This document shows, in pieces, positions 39,546-50,080 of a stretch of 64,000 bases of DNA. Source of the DNA: Lama glama (lineage: Eukaryota); NCBI GenBank assembly GCA_028534125.1, contig CM052832.1, positions 18,788,001 through 18,852,000 on the forward strand. The letters run 5' to 3'. The position numbers and the translations under genes were made by a program. Each line of letters opens with the position of its first letter. Positions within the stretch are counted from its first letter, which is position 1. A model generated the notes under the pieces. It had not been told where the DNA came from, did not search any database, and worked only from the letters and a program-made list of their open reading frames with translations.

Positions 39546-39865
39546 TGGACATGTTAAGTTGGAAATGCCTATTAGACACATCCAGGTAGAGGTGACCAGC
39601 AGGCGGTCAGGTGAAAGGGATCTGGCGTTCATGGGAGAGATCTGGGATACAGATAAAAATGTGGAAATCCTCATTATATAGATGATTTTTAAAGCATAAG
39701 CATAAATAGTGAAGAGATCCAAGTGCCCAGAGGCACTCCTTTTAGAGTTTGGGGAGATGAGGAACCAGCAAAAGAGACTGAGAAAAACCAGCCAGAGTGG
39801 AAAAAGGAAAACCACGAGGGGTGTGTCCAGGCAGTCAAGTGGAGAATGTATTCAATGGGGAGAAT

Positions 39866-39997
39866 GGGAGAGGGGATAGCTCAGTGGTAGAGGGCATGCC
39901 TAGCAGGCATGAGGTCCTGGGTTCAATCCCCAGTACCTCTATTAAAAAATAAATAAATAAACCTAATTACCTCCCCCCACCAAAACAAAAACAAAAA
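39866..39997 (+). mobile_element. Camelid tRNA-Ala-derived SINE (vic-1-like), nested in L2
   Basis: tagctcagtggtagagggcatgcctagcaggcatgaggtcctgggttcaatccccagtacctc; imperfect TSD caatggggagaat / caagggggaaaat. Confidence 0.9.
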
Positions 39998-42639
39998 CAA
40001 GGGGGAAAATAATCAACCGTGTCAAATGCTGCTGGTAGGTGAAGTAAGAGGAGGCTGGGACCGCTGTAGGCTACAACAATGAAATGTCACTGATGATCTG
40101 GAAGGGGCAGGGCCAGTGGAGTACGAGTGAGGGGTAAAAACCCCACTGTACTGGGTTCAGGACAGAACGGAAGGGGTGGCATTAGACATAATGAATACAG
40201 ATGACTCGTTCAAAATGTTCTGTTGTAAGAGTTTAGAAAAGAAATTGGCTAGTAGCTGGAGGGGAAGTCAGAGTCAAAAGAGGATGCTTTTATTTAATGG
40301 GAAAAACTAATAACTTGGATGCCAGTGGGAGTTCAGCAGAGAGAGGAAAACTGATGATATAGGAAGGAGAGGGGAAATTTTAGGGAGCAACGTCCTTGAG
40401 AAGGTACAGGGAGATGGAAATAGGATGTTGTGCTCAAGATGCTGGGAGCTTGGGAACAGACACAGGCAGGTGGCATGTATGGTCGGTGTAAGTTCTCTTC
40501 TAAACATTTCTGGTTTTGTTTTGTTTTGTTTTTTAACCGAAAAAGGAAGTGGCTGAGAGAGAGGAGACAGTGGATGTTTAAAGAGCAAGTATAAAGGATG
40601 CGATAGCTATGTAAGAGAGGTAGGGAATGAACAGATAGTGGGAACATGATACGGCTGCCAGGCAGCATCGAGGGTCCACCTGGCATTTGTGACCATTAAC
40701 TCAGAGTGAGACATCTGTATGGTGTCTGTCCTGGCACATTTGGCTGCACTGGTGCAAGTGCAGAGTCAGTGAAGAGAAAGAGATGGATTTAACTGGAACT
40801 GTGGTTTAGTCAAGAGAGAATATAGCGTGAGAGGGACAAGGGAGTTGAGGATATATAGCAGTGATGACAGTGGTTGATCATGGAATTCAAGCTGGGAAAG
40901 GAGAAAGGGAAGGACTTGGGGTGAGGGCAGAACCATGTAGAGGTGGCAGATTCAATGAAATGAAGGTTCTGGTGGTCCAAGGACCGTTGAGTTTGGAGGT
41001 ATCACATAAGGCCAGCGAGGAAGAGAAGTGATAGTCAGAGTGGGACATCCAGAGAGAGCTACAGAGGCACCGAGGTGACCAGTGATAACAGGACCAGGGG
41101 CATGACCATGGGTGGAGTGGCTGAGACACGTTCATGGGAGGAGATGAGGTTGAGAACCTAAGAGATGACGGTGATGAAAGGGTTACCAACATGAATACTG
41201 AAATTCGGGAGAACTAGCAGGAGTGGTGCTGGAGAGGACAGCGAACCAGAAACAGAAATCTCCAGTGGATGAGGGGAGTGACTGGGTGGAGAAGCAGGTG
41301 ACCGAGGGACAGTGGGCCATAGAGAGACCTGAGACTCAGAGGAGGAGGCTTTCGGGAGGGGATATAGAAACTGTGTAGAGGATTCTACCCACCCCCTAGC
41401 CATGGTTCAAGGGTAAGGTTAAAAACTGCAGCCCTTTCAAGTGGGCTGCAGGAGAAGCAGTATTGTCAGTGGAGACCCAGGTTTTCAAAATAGCAAGACG
41501 AAGAAAATATTCACAGACAAGGTAAGGAAGTTTGGGATTCACTGATGACTGACCCCAAAGGCACAGAGCACACAGGGAGCAGGTGCCAAAGGGGAGAGAC
41601 GAGATTTTAAAAACTGAAGTTAAGAGTCAAATGAGGACAGGACACAGGGATGAGGGATGCCTTGGGAGTCCAGGCGTCCCATGGTGACTGACACAAACAG
41701 GAGGAAGAAGTGTGATGAGATTGGTCCTGACGGTGAAGGAGGAGAGTGATGGAGAGGCTGGCACTGATGGAGGGGTCTTGCCAGGAGCAGAGAACTAGGG
41801 GTCCTATTTGATCCCAGTTGAGGGTGTCGGGGTGCTGAGGACACGGTGTGTACTTGTGGAGGTACAAACTTACGCCTCACTCATGGGCCAGGAGGGAGAT
41901 GTTTTGTAAAATTAGCATCTTCCAAAAAATGTGAAAATATTGACTTGATTTCACGATCCTGGCAACTACCTTAGATCCCTCATGTTCAAAAATAAATGTA
42001 AATCCTCTAGAAACCACAATTCCGCGTTTTTTTAAGCTACCCCCCAATTCCCTCAATTGCAGGAGAATGAGCATGAAAGCACTTAGCCTTCAGTGACACA
42101 CTGGCCACTGGGTGCTATTAACATTCTAAGTTAAGGAAACACGCAAGGATGCGCATTCTTCCGCAAGTACCTACAATCTTATAAAACATCAGAACAACGA
42201 GCAGCGATTGGGCCCTTAACGCTTTAGAAGGATTCTTAGAAGGAAGCTCTGTGCTTGTTTTACGTCTGGAAAATAAGATTAGACAGACAGTTACATCATA
42301 TTTCCTGACAGGATTATTAGAGCGTGGTTACCACAGTAACCAGCGAACCACGGGAGTAGCTGGAGGAGGAAGAAAGTTAGAAGGCATCGTTTTCAAAAAA
42401 GAATAAATCACATACTTGCAGAGCTAGTAAGAATTGCTAAAGGCCCTGTAGTTGGATCCTTCACCCAAAGGGCCTTAGAAGATGTGAGGATTTTACATAC
42501 AGAGAAACTATAAGAAATGTCCTTATAAAACTTCACATCACCCAGAGAGAAAAATAAGGCAAAAAGGAAACTTCTTAGCCATGAGTTGAGAGATGCTGGA
42601 AAACTTACTAGCAGTAATAAATAAAGATTTTTAAGCCTA

Positions 42640-43150
42640 AGTAGAGAACATACCCTTAGTACTTACTATATGCCAAGCACTTTCTTTTCACCTAATCCTC
42701 ACAACAATATCCTGTCTTCGGTTGAGCAGTCAAAGCAGTAATCAAGGTTACAGAGTACAGTTAGCCTCCAGGATCTGAGGGCCCCACATCTGCAGATTCA
42801 ACCAACCGTGGATGGTGCAGAACTATTCAGGGAAAAAAATTCTGGAAAGTTCCCAAAACCAAAATTTGAATTTCCCGTACTCCAGCAACTATTTACATGG
42901 CAGTTGCATTGTATTAGGTATTATAGGTAATCTAGAGATGATTTAAGGTATTCAGCAGGGTGTGCATAGGTCACATGCAAATACTATGCCATTTTATATA
43001 AGGAACATGAGCATCTTGGATTTAGATATCCATGGCCGGGGAGGGGGTCCCCAGAACCAATCCCCTACAGATACAAGGGATGACTGTAAGTGGCCGAGCT
43101 GGGATGTGAGCCCTGGTGAGCCCAGCCCCCACGCCTCCGCCACTACTAGA
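42640..43150 (-). mobile_element. MIR split by a MER2-type insertion
   Basis: acttactatatgccaagcac...cctaatcctcacaacaa...caaggttacagagta | agtggccgagctgggat rejoins into MIR sequence once the insert is removed. Confidence 0.7.
42758..43086 (-). mobile_element. MER2/MER2B Tigger-family MITE
   Basis: TA TSD on both sides; cagttagcctcc...gattcaaccaaccgtggat...gtattaggtattataggtaatctagagatgattta...aaccaatcccc...gggatgactg. Confidence 0.9.
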
Positions 43151-43999
43151 GACTCTGGATGGCCCGGTACACAGGAGAGTGGCACCAGAGGAGTGTCTAG
43201 CCTGCCTGTCACCAAAAGCTGGCCGGCCTCGGGAAAGTCACTCTCATCCTCTCTGAATCCGAGTTTTCTCACATGGAAGTGATCTCTTCACAGAGGGAAA
43301 ACCAAAGATCCAAATACGTCTCTGGCCTAATTTTATAGATAAGAAGCCATGTTCTGAGAACCACGCGAGAGGAAACCTTAACAGTCTCATCACCCTCTGA
43401 AGTTCATAGCCCGTCTGAGACATCCCCACAAACCCGTGCCAAAGTCTATACCTGAGTTCTTCTAAATGTAGGTTACTCAACAGCTAATAAAGAAATTCAC
43501 CTTAACTTCAGACAATGAAGCTCTGTCCCATTTAACATCCTTTCTCATTGAGAACAAGTCTGGAAACTCAGTAAGCTCTTACCAGCTCCTTCTAAGCAGA
43601 GCTTCCCAGCCTTTTCCACACACGTGCCCTTTCCTCCACATGTCTAGCACTGTTTCCACCCCTCAGGTTCCCTCAAAGATAGTAGGGATGGAGGAACTAC
43701 CTCTGTCTATCCCCAGTGTTCTCAGGATGCTGAGAAGGAATTCTGTTGAGCTAGGAGGTTTAAATTCATTTGGAAAAACTGGATCTTTCTTATTACTTCC
43801 CCCATGTAGTGTCATTAGCATTCTGGATTCTTAAATATGCATGTAAGAGACAGACAGATAATAGGAGTTGAAGGGTTACACTCCATTAGTTCTCACATCC
43901 TCCATCAGTTCTGCTCAGAGGCAGCTTTTATTTTCTTCTGGCTCTGAACGCTTCTTTATCAATCTTTTACTTTCCATAGCATCGCCTGCAAGTCTCACA

Positions 44000-44205
44000 T
44001 CTCTAGAATCAGACCGCCTCGATTCATACCCCAGCTACTTAACTAGCTATGTGACCTACAGCAATACCTAAAAGCTCAGTGTCTCAATTTGCTCACCTGT
44101 AAAATGGTGATAGTAATAGCACTAGCTCGTTCAGTTCTAATGCGGTCAGCCAAGAGGGCGTAGAGCAGTGCCTGGCACCAGTGTGTAAATGTCACCCGCT
44201 ATCGC
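44000..44205 (+). mobile_element. MIR
   Basis: ctctagaatcagaccgcct...ctacttaactagctatgtgacct...ctcacctgtaaaatggtgatagtaatag...agagcagtgcctggcac. Confidence 0.85.
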
Positions 44206-44469
44206 TGCGGTATCCCTGGCTGTCAGCCCTCTATCTTTTGCCTACTTCCTTTTAAGATCAAAGTTCATCAGGAGGGCTGCCTTCTTCCTTCTGGTACTTT
44301 CCCCTTATCTTCTACCAAAGAGCCATATACAAATATATAATTAGAACTAAGATATCTAAGAGTTTCCTAACTTTCCTGCCCTCTGGACTCTGATCTGTCA
44401 CTTAGCAATTTTTACTCAAGTCTTGAAAATTTTTAAAATTCTTATTGTTTAAAACAATAGCTTCCTTGA

Positions 44470-44770
44470 CTGTCTTCTCCAGCATTCATTTTTGAGGTTG
44501 ATTCTACCGACTCACCATCTTGTGTGCAGGCGTTTGGATCTCTCCTCTCCTCCTACCGTGGGTGTTCACGGTCTTCTGTGGATCTACCCAGTCTCTGACC
44601 AATGTGACCAATGCCCCCTGTGGTGAATGGCATGCATTTTAGAGACAGATGGCTGGGGTTTGAGGTTCAATTGAAGTTGTGGAACAAAGCTACACTAATT
44701 GGCCTATCTGGGAATTAAATCTCCAGACTTTGGCCTTTTTAAGTATCAGACCCTAAATGAACGAGCCCAT
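44470..44770 (-). mobile_element. MamSINE1-like ancient tRNA-derived SINE
   Basis: Minus strand reads ggccaaagtctggagatttaattcccagataggccaattag...aaccccagccatctgtctctaaaatgcatgccattcaccacaggggg...gatggtgagtcggtagaatcaacctc, collinear with the MamSINE1 consensus as I recall it. Confidence 0.7.
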
Positions 44771-45339
44771 GTTCTTGGCCTCTAGAAAAAAAGCAATAAA
44801 TTCTAATGGATTGTTTTTAGACATCTGTAGAGGTCCTACAAGTGAAGGATTTATCAGATAGAGAATATTCTATACTCCAAATGTTGTGTCATCAACACCG
44901 GTTCAAAAATAGCAATTGTTCTAAAAGACATTAAGCTATGCATTGAGCACTGAAGATTTTCATGGAAATTGACTTCAGAAGTAACGAGAAACCATCTGCT
45001 TCTTTACTATATAGCTTGAAAAATAAATGACCCTCCCAAGGAAGGTCTGCCCACCTGGGCTAACTGGGGAGAGTCAGATTCAGAGGTTCAATCAAATTTC
45101 CCTTTTAGTTCTGTTTAGAAAGTGGTGTCTAACTATGGAAAGGCTAAAGAAAACATCTTTAAAATTTCAGTAATGGATTTGTAAGGAGGGGAAAGCAATA
45201 AGGAACCAAAGAGATAATGAAGTTGACAGTTTCCTTAAGCTGGACAACAATGCAGTCTAAATGGCCGTGATGCTAGAATCCTGGAAAGAGGGAAGGGGGC
45301 AACTGCAGCCAATTCTTTCTTAATAAAATCACCATCACC

Positions 45340-45530
45340 TCCACTATTTACTGATCACATGGCAGTAAATGACTGTGCTAAGAGTGTCTTATGCCATAGC
45401 TCATTAATCTTTATACAAACCCCACTGGCAGAGGCTACTGAGGTTTAACAAGGATAAGTAACATGCATGAGGTCACACACAGCAGGGCTGGAACTCAAAT
45501 TCCAAAGCTGCTTCATGCCCTTAATTACTG
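45340..45530 (-). mobile_element. MIR
   Basis: actgtgctaagagtg...ctcattaatctt...actgaggtt...taagtaacatgcatgaggtcacacacagcagggctggaactcaaa. Confidence 0.7.
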
Positions 45531-46309
45531 CCATCCACCTACACCAGCATCCTTGCATCCGGCCACCTGCTTCCCAGCCAGAGAGAGACTCTGCAGAGAA
45601 CAGAAACGTCCATTTGGTGGCTCTAAGAGTACTGGGTACCACAACCCAAAAGACCACCGATGTGCCTATGGCCACACTGCTGGGAGGTGCTTTTCTGTCA
45701 GAGGAAGAACACCTGAAGTATCTACGACCTGGAAACCCCCCGCACCAGGCCGGATAGTGAAAAACTGGGCAGACTCCATGCTGGGAATTAGAGTAAGCCC
45801 AGAAAAGGATCAGGCGGGTTGCATCAAAGGGAAAGGGCTTCTTGTCCTTATGTTACATTAGGAGAACAACCTTCAGGCAGGGAAGACTCCAGCTAGCAAC
45901 TCCATAAATCACACTGGAGAAGAGGAAGGAGATGGAGGTGGGGAAAACCAAACTCCACCTTCATCCACTAGCTAGAAGCCAGCTAGTCACCTAAAGCAGC
46001 CAGAATTCAGACTCAAATGAATTCCCAAGAGGGTTCAAATAGCTAAAGATGGGAAGACATTTTCCCCTCCCAGGCCAAGCTTAGGAGATTGTGGGTGTGT
46101 GCCTGGGGGAGATGGCGGTACTCCCCTGTTTATAACACGTGTGACCACATCTTCATTTTCATTCCATCAATTTGTTGTGGTGGGTTTATTTTATTTTCTA
46201 TTGGTGGGGCAACAAACAGGCACTCAGATAGGAAAAAGAAAATCAGAGAAAGAAAAGTCTGCAGTTTGCTTTTCATTCACGGAATACACAAACTCCACCA
46301 AAACTATCA

Positions 46310-46809
46310 NNNNNNNNNNNNNNNNNNNNNNNNNNNNNNNNNNNNNNNNNNNNNNNNNNNNNNNNNNNNNNNNNNNNNNNNNNNNNNNNNNNNNNNNNNN
46401 NNNNNNNNNNNNNNNNNNNNNNNNNNNNNNNNNNNNNNNNNNNNNNNNNNNNNNNNNNNNNNNNNNNNNNNNNNNNNNNNNNNNNNNNNNNNNNNNNNNN
46501 NNNNNNNNNNNNNNNNNNNNNNNNNNNNNNNNNNNNNNNNNNNNNNNNNNNNNNNNNNNNNNNNNNNNNNNNNNNNNNNNNNNNNNNNNNNNNNNNNNNN
46601 NNNNNNNNNNNNNNNNNNNNNNNNNNNNNNNNNNNNNNNNNNNNNNNNNNNNNNNNNNNNNNNNNNNNNNNNNNNNNNNNNNNNNNNNNNNNNNNNNNNN
46701 NNNNNNNNNNNNNNNNNNNNNNNNNNNNNNNNNNNNNNNNNNNNNNNNNNNNNNNNNNNNNNNNNNNNNNNNNNNNNNNNNNNNNNNNNNNNNNNNNNNN
46801 NNNNNNNNN
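46310..46809. other. Assembly gap (500 N)
   Basis: Exactly 500 N. Confidence 0.99.
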
Positions 46810-47106
46810 TATTTATTAAAAAATATTTACTTTTAGGAAGATCCAGATAATAAAGTTTACATCTATACACTGTCCCTATAAGGGCATATCTATAAAACAG
46901 TGATTGATATAAATCCTTTTCTAGAACACAGCAGGGTGTAACCTGACAAACACTAAAATTGGTGCTCTGTGTTCACTGATTGTTTTGGTTCATTCATTCA
47001 TGTAAGTAACATTTACTGAGTGCCCACCAGCTACCGTGCAAGGAGCTTGAGGGTATCAGAATGGAATGTGATTAGTTTTTTACTCTTAATAGAAGCTAAT
47101 AATAGT

Positions 47107-47243
47107 GGGGAAGGTTATAGCTCAAGTGGTAAAGTGCATGTTTAGCATGCACAAGGTCCTGGGTTCAATCCCCAGTACCTCCATTTAAAAAATTATTAAA
47201 TAAATAACCGAATTAGCCAATAAATAAATAAATACATAAATAG
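47107..47243 (+). mobile_element. Camelid tRNA-Ala-derived SINE (vic-1-like)
   Basis: ggggaaggttatagctcaagtggtaaagtgcatgtttagcatgcacaaggtcctgggttcaatcccc; (TAAA)n tail; TSD gctaataatagt / gctaataataatagt. Confidence 0.9.
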
Positions 47244-47269
47244 GCTAATAATAATAGTAGATTGCTAAT

Positions 47270-47475
47270 ATAAATAATAATCAGTAGGACTTAAGTCTAG
47301 ATGATTTACATGCACTAACACATCTATCCTGATAACAATCCTAGGAGATAAACACAGAGTTGAAGCACACAGAGCTTAAGTGACTTGTCCAATGTCACAC
47401 AGTGTGGAGCTGGCAGAGCAGGGGTTAGAACCCAGACAATCTGGGATATAGTCCACACTCCTCACCATCATGTTA
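47270..47475 (-). mobile_element. MIR
   Basis: gaagcacacagagcttaagtgacttgtccaatgtcacacag...ggcagagcaggggttagaacccagacaatctg. Confidence 0.8.
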
Positions 47476-47499
47476 TACTAAGTTGCTCACAGGCTGGTG

Positions 47500-47950
47500 G
47501 GAGGGGGGCAAGGAAAGGCTGAGTCTTGAAAGGCTTCCTAGAGAAATACACATGGGAGCTGAGTCCTGAAGGATGAAGTAGATGAAGTGGGGAGGGAGGT
47601 ACTCGGGTCACAGGCAGATACAACCTAGGAGCATGGAGGCACGAAACTTCTTATCCACAGAGCAAGAAGCAACTAAAGCTGGGATGAAAGATGTACTCAA
47701 CGAGGGGCAGGAAACATGGCTGGAAAGAAAGGCAGGGGCCAGGAAACAGAACTTGAAAATTATGGGGGTGAGGGGTGTTGATGAAGGGTTTTCCTCCTGG
47801 GAACACAGAGGATGGGTGGGAGGGGGGCAAATTAGGAAGCAAAGAGGCAAGTAGAGAAGCGATTGAGGAGAAGAGTGATGAGGATCTTAAACCAAAATAG
47901 AGATGCCAGCACAAGACAGCAGAAGAAGCATCACACTTGAATCCACTGAG
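47500..47950 (-). mobile_element. L2 fragment (continuation of the L2 tail at about 46990-47095)
   Basis: aaggcttcctagag...gagctgagtcctgaaggatgaagtag; cattcattcatgtaagtaacatttactgagtgcc lies upstream. Confidence 0.6.
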
Positions 47951-48254
47951 CACAGCTCCAGCCCCAGCCCTGCCACTCCGCCACCCCACAGCAGGTGACT
48001 GGGACAGCCCACGGGGTCACTAGGTGCTCAGTTCTCGGTAATTGGGCTAGAAATGAGCGATAAGTCTCCTGCTCCTATACTCTCCGCCCATCATTTCTCA
48101 GCTGGAGACATGTCAGAATCAGTAAAACGCATCACCCTACTTCTCTCTTTCATTAGTTTATTCTAAACAAGTGTCTACATCAAGCACAGTTTCAGGAAAA
48201 TCACGAAGATTAAAAATAAAAGCACAACCATGCTCTTTAAAAATATATCTTTTT

Positions 48255-48460
48255 CTACACATTACTATATATAAAATAGATAAATAACAAGAAGCTACTG
48301 TTTATAGCCCAGGGAACTATATTCAATTTCTTGGAATAAGCCATAATGAAAAAGAAACTGAATATATATATGTATGTATGTATGTATAACTGAGTTGCTT
48401 TGCTGTATATCTGAAACTAACATTGTGAATCGACCATACTTCAGTAAAAAATAAGAATTA
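48255..48460 (+). mobile_element. 5'-truncated L1 3' end (cetartiodactyl-type)
   Basis: tactatatataaaatagataaataacaag...cagggaactatattcaa...ctgaaactaacattgtgaatcgac; TSD aaaaatatatcttttt / aaaaacatatcttttt. Confidence 0.9.
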
Positions 48461-48839
48461 AAAAACATATCTTTTTTCATAGACATTGCACCAAAATGGA
48501 AACTGCTTATTTCACTTGCCAGAACATAGAATTTCCAGAGACCTCATATCATGTTTACAATTCACACATCCTTATCATGGAAAGCTAGGAACCCAGAGTT
48601 ATCACACATTCCTTGTAATGAAATCAAACCAATACAACTGCATGCTTTCCAGGATTTCCGGGGACTAACCCCCCACCTATAGAGAAGGCCTGAGTAATAG
48701 GAGAAGAATCCGAACTACAAGATGCAATGCAAATCGCAATTTAAACACACACACACAGACATTCAGACCCCGGCACACGAGCCACAGAGACAAGCCTTCT
48801 TATACGTCATAGAAAGAAAAAAGCATAAGCCCGCACAGG

Positions 48840-48965
48840 ATAGTGAAATGAATGGAAAAGACAGGAAAGCTGATTTACCTTCCAGACCAGCCCTGACTTG
48901 TATGATCTCAGAAAGTATCTTAACCTGTGAGGGACTCAGTTTCCTCATCTGTGAAGATGGGCTAC
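48840..48965 (+). mobile_element. MIR fragment
   Basis: cttaacctgtgagggactcagtttcctcatctgtgaagatggg. Confidence 0.7.
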
Positions 48966-49668
48966 CTATAGGTGTTTCACTTCTTTTTCAAAATCCAGTC
49001 AAATAAGCTTGGGAAATACTGTGTACTAATCCCCCGCTGGAAGAGGGGCAAAGCACGTTCCATATGAAAGGCTCTGACCAATTCTGCTGTCAAGAAACCT
49101 CTTTCTTTAAACTTGTTTGACCAAAGTTCTATTAGTTTCACATCTCGGGACCTCAGCATGCCAAGAGGTAAGAGTGTAGCAAACAGCAGGGAAGGGGTCT
49201 TTCTGGATTTCTCTAAGCTCTGCTTTTCTGGGCGAGGACAGCACCCTCTGCTATTCAGAAGGGCTTCCTTTGTGTATCAAGGGGTCAAGGCAGAGGCAGC
49301 TGAGTGGAGACCATCTAGTCTCTCCGACTGCAATACCCTAGCCTGCCTCTCTCTAGGGCAGTACTTCCAAAGACCTCAATTAGGACTCTTGCTCGGGTCG
49401 TATGCCTACCTCCTGGACTAATCACTGTGGTCAAGGGACTAGGGCAAAGGGACCAGCAGGCACAGAAGCATCAAGCCTTCTTCTGTGACTGGAGAAGCCA
49501 AGCCACACTGGAATCACATGGCTATTTCGTAGGCAAGAGAGAGTTCCCTCAAAGAGGTGTGTCCATGCGTGTGTGTGTGTGTATAAATGTGTGTGTAAGA
49601 CAGGTGTGGAAGAAAGGGAGGGGACAAGAAAAATAATCTCTTATCATGAGCTCCAGACAATCTAGGTC

Positions 49669-49763
49669 TTTTTTTTTTTTCTCCAGTGGAGGTAGTGGGG
49701 ATTGAACCCAGGACCTCGTGCATGCTAAGCACACGCTCTTCCACTCAGCTATACCTTCCCCCC
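49669..49763 (-). mobile_element. Camelid tRNA-Ala-derived SINE (vic-1-like)
   Basis: Poly-T, then tggaggtagtggggattgaacccaggacctcgtgcatgctaagcacacgctcttccactcagctataccttcccc. Confidence 0.9.
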
Positions 49764-49779
49764 GCGATAGGTATTCCAG

Positions 49780-50080
49780 CTCTCCATCCCTTTCCCCCAG
49801 CCTACTCCTCTCAGTCTCAGCAAGTCACCACCATATACTGCAATAAACCTGGGGGTCATCCTTGATTCTTCTTTTTCCCTCGCTCCCCACTATCAAGCCC
49901 CAGCAAACCCACTGGATTCTACCTTGAAACTATATTTGGAAGCCATCCACTTCTCTGCAACTTGACTGCCAACACTCACTCCAGCCACCATCACCTCACA
50001 CCAGGACCACAGTCCACCCACCTCCACCTCCTCAGTGCTCGGCAAGGGCCACCACTCAATAAATATTTGCAAACAAATGG
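49780..50080 (+). mobile_element. L2 fragment
   Basis: aaacctgggggtcatccttgattctt...attctaccttgaaactatat...catccacttctct...ctcaataaatatttgc. Confidence 0.75.

Larger units (their letters stand above)
38242..41600 (-). mobile_element. Long L2 remnant from the 3' end into the ORF2 endonuclease region, with two nested insertions
   Basis: 3' end tcattcttgtttaacaaacatttatgag; L2 motifs ttttggacatgttaagtt and gtgtcaaatgctgctg; minus-strand peptides LLVLPNFSIHVGNP (compare IILGDFNIHVDDP) and SDYH (compare SDH) in ORFs 41158-41403 and 40887-41192. Right boundary approximate. Confidence 0.85.

Noticed and set aside
40887..41403. ORFs with endonuclease-like words as a functional gene
   Set aside because: The motifs lie in different frames and the catalytic GDFN is degenerate, so this is a fossil L2 ORF2.
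46089..46870. ORFs of 187-253 aa in the ORF track
   Set aside because: Artefacts of translating through the second N gap.
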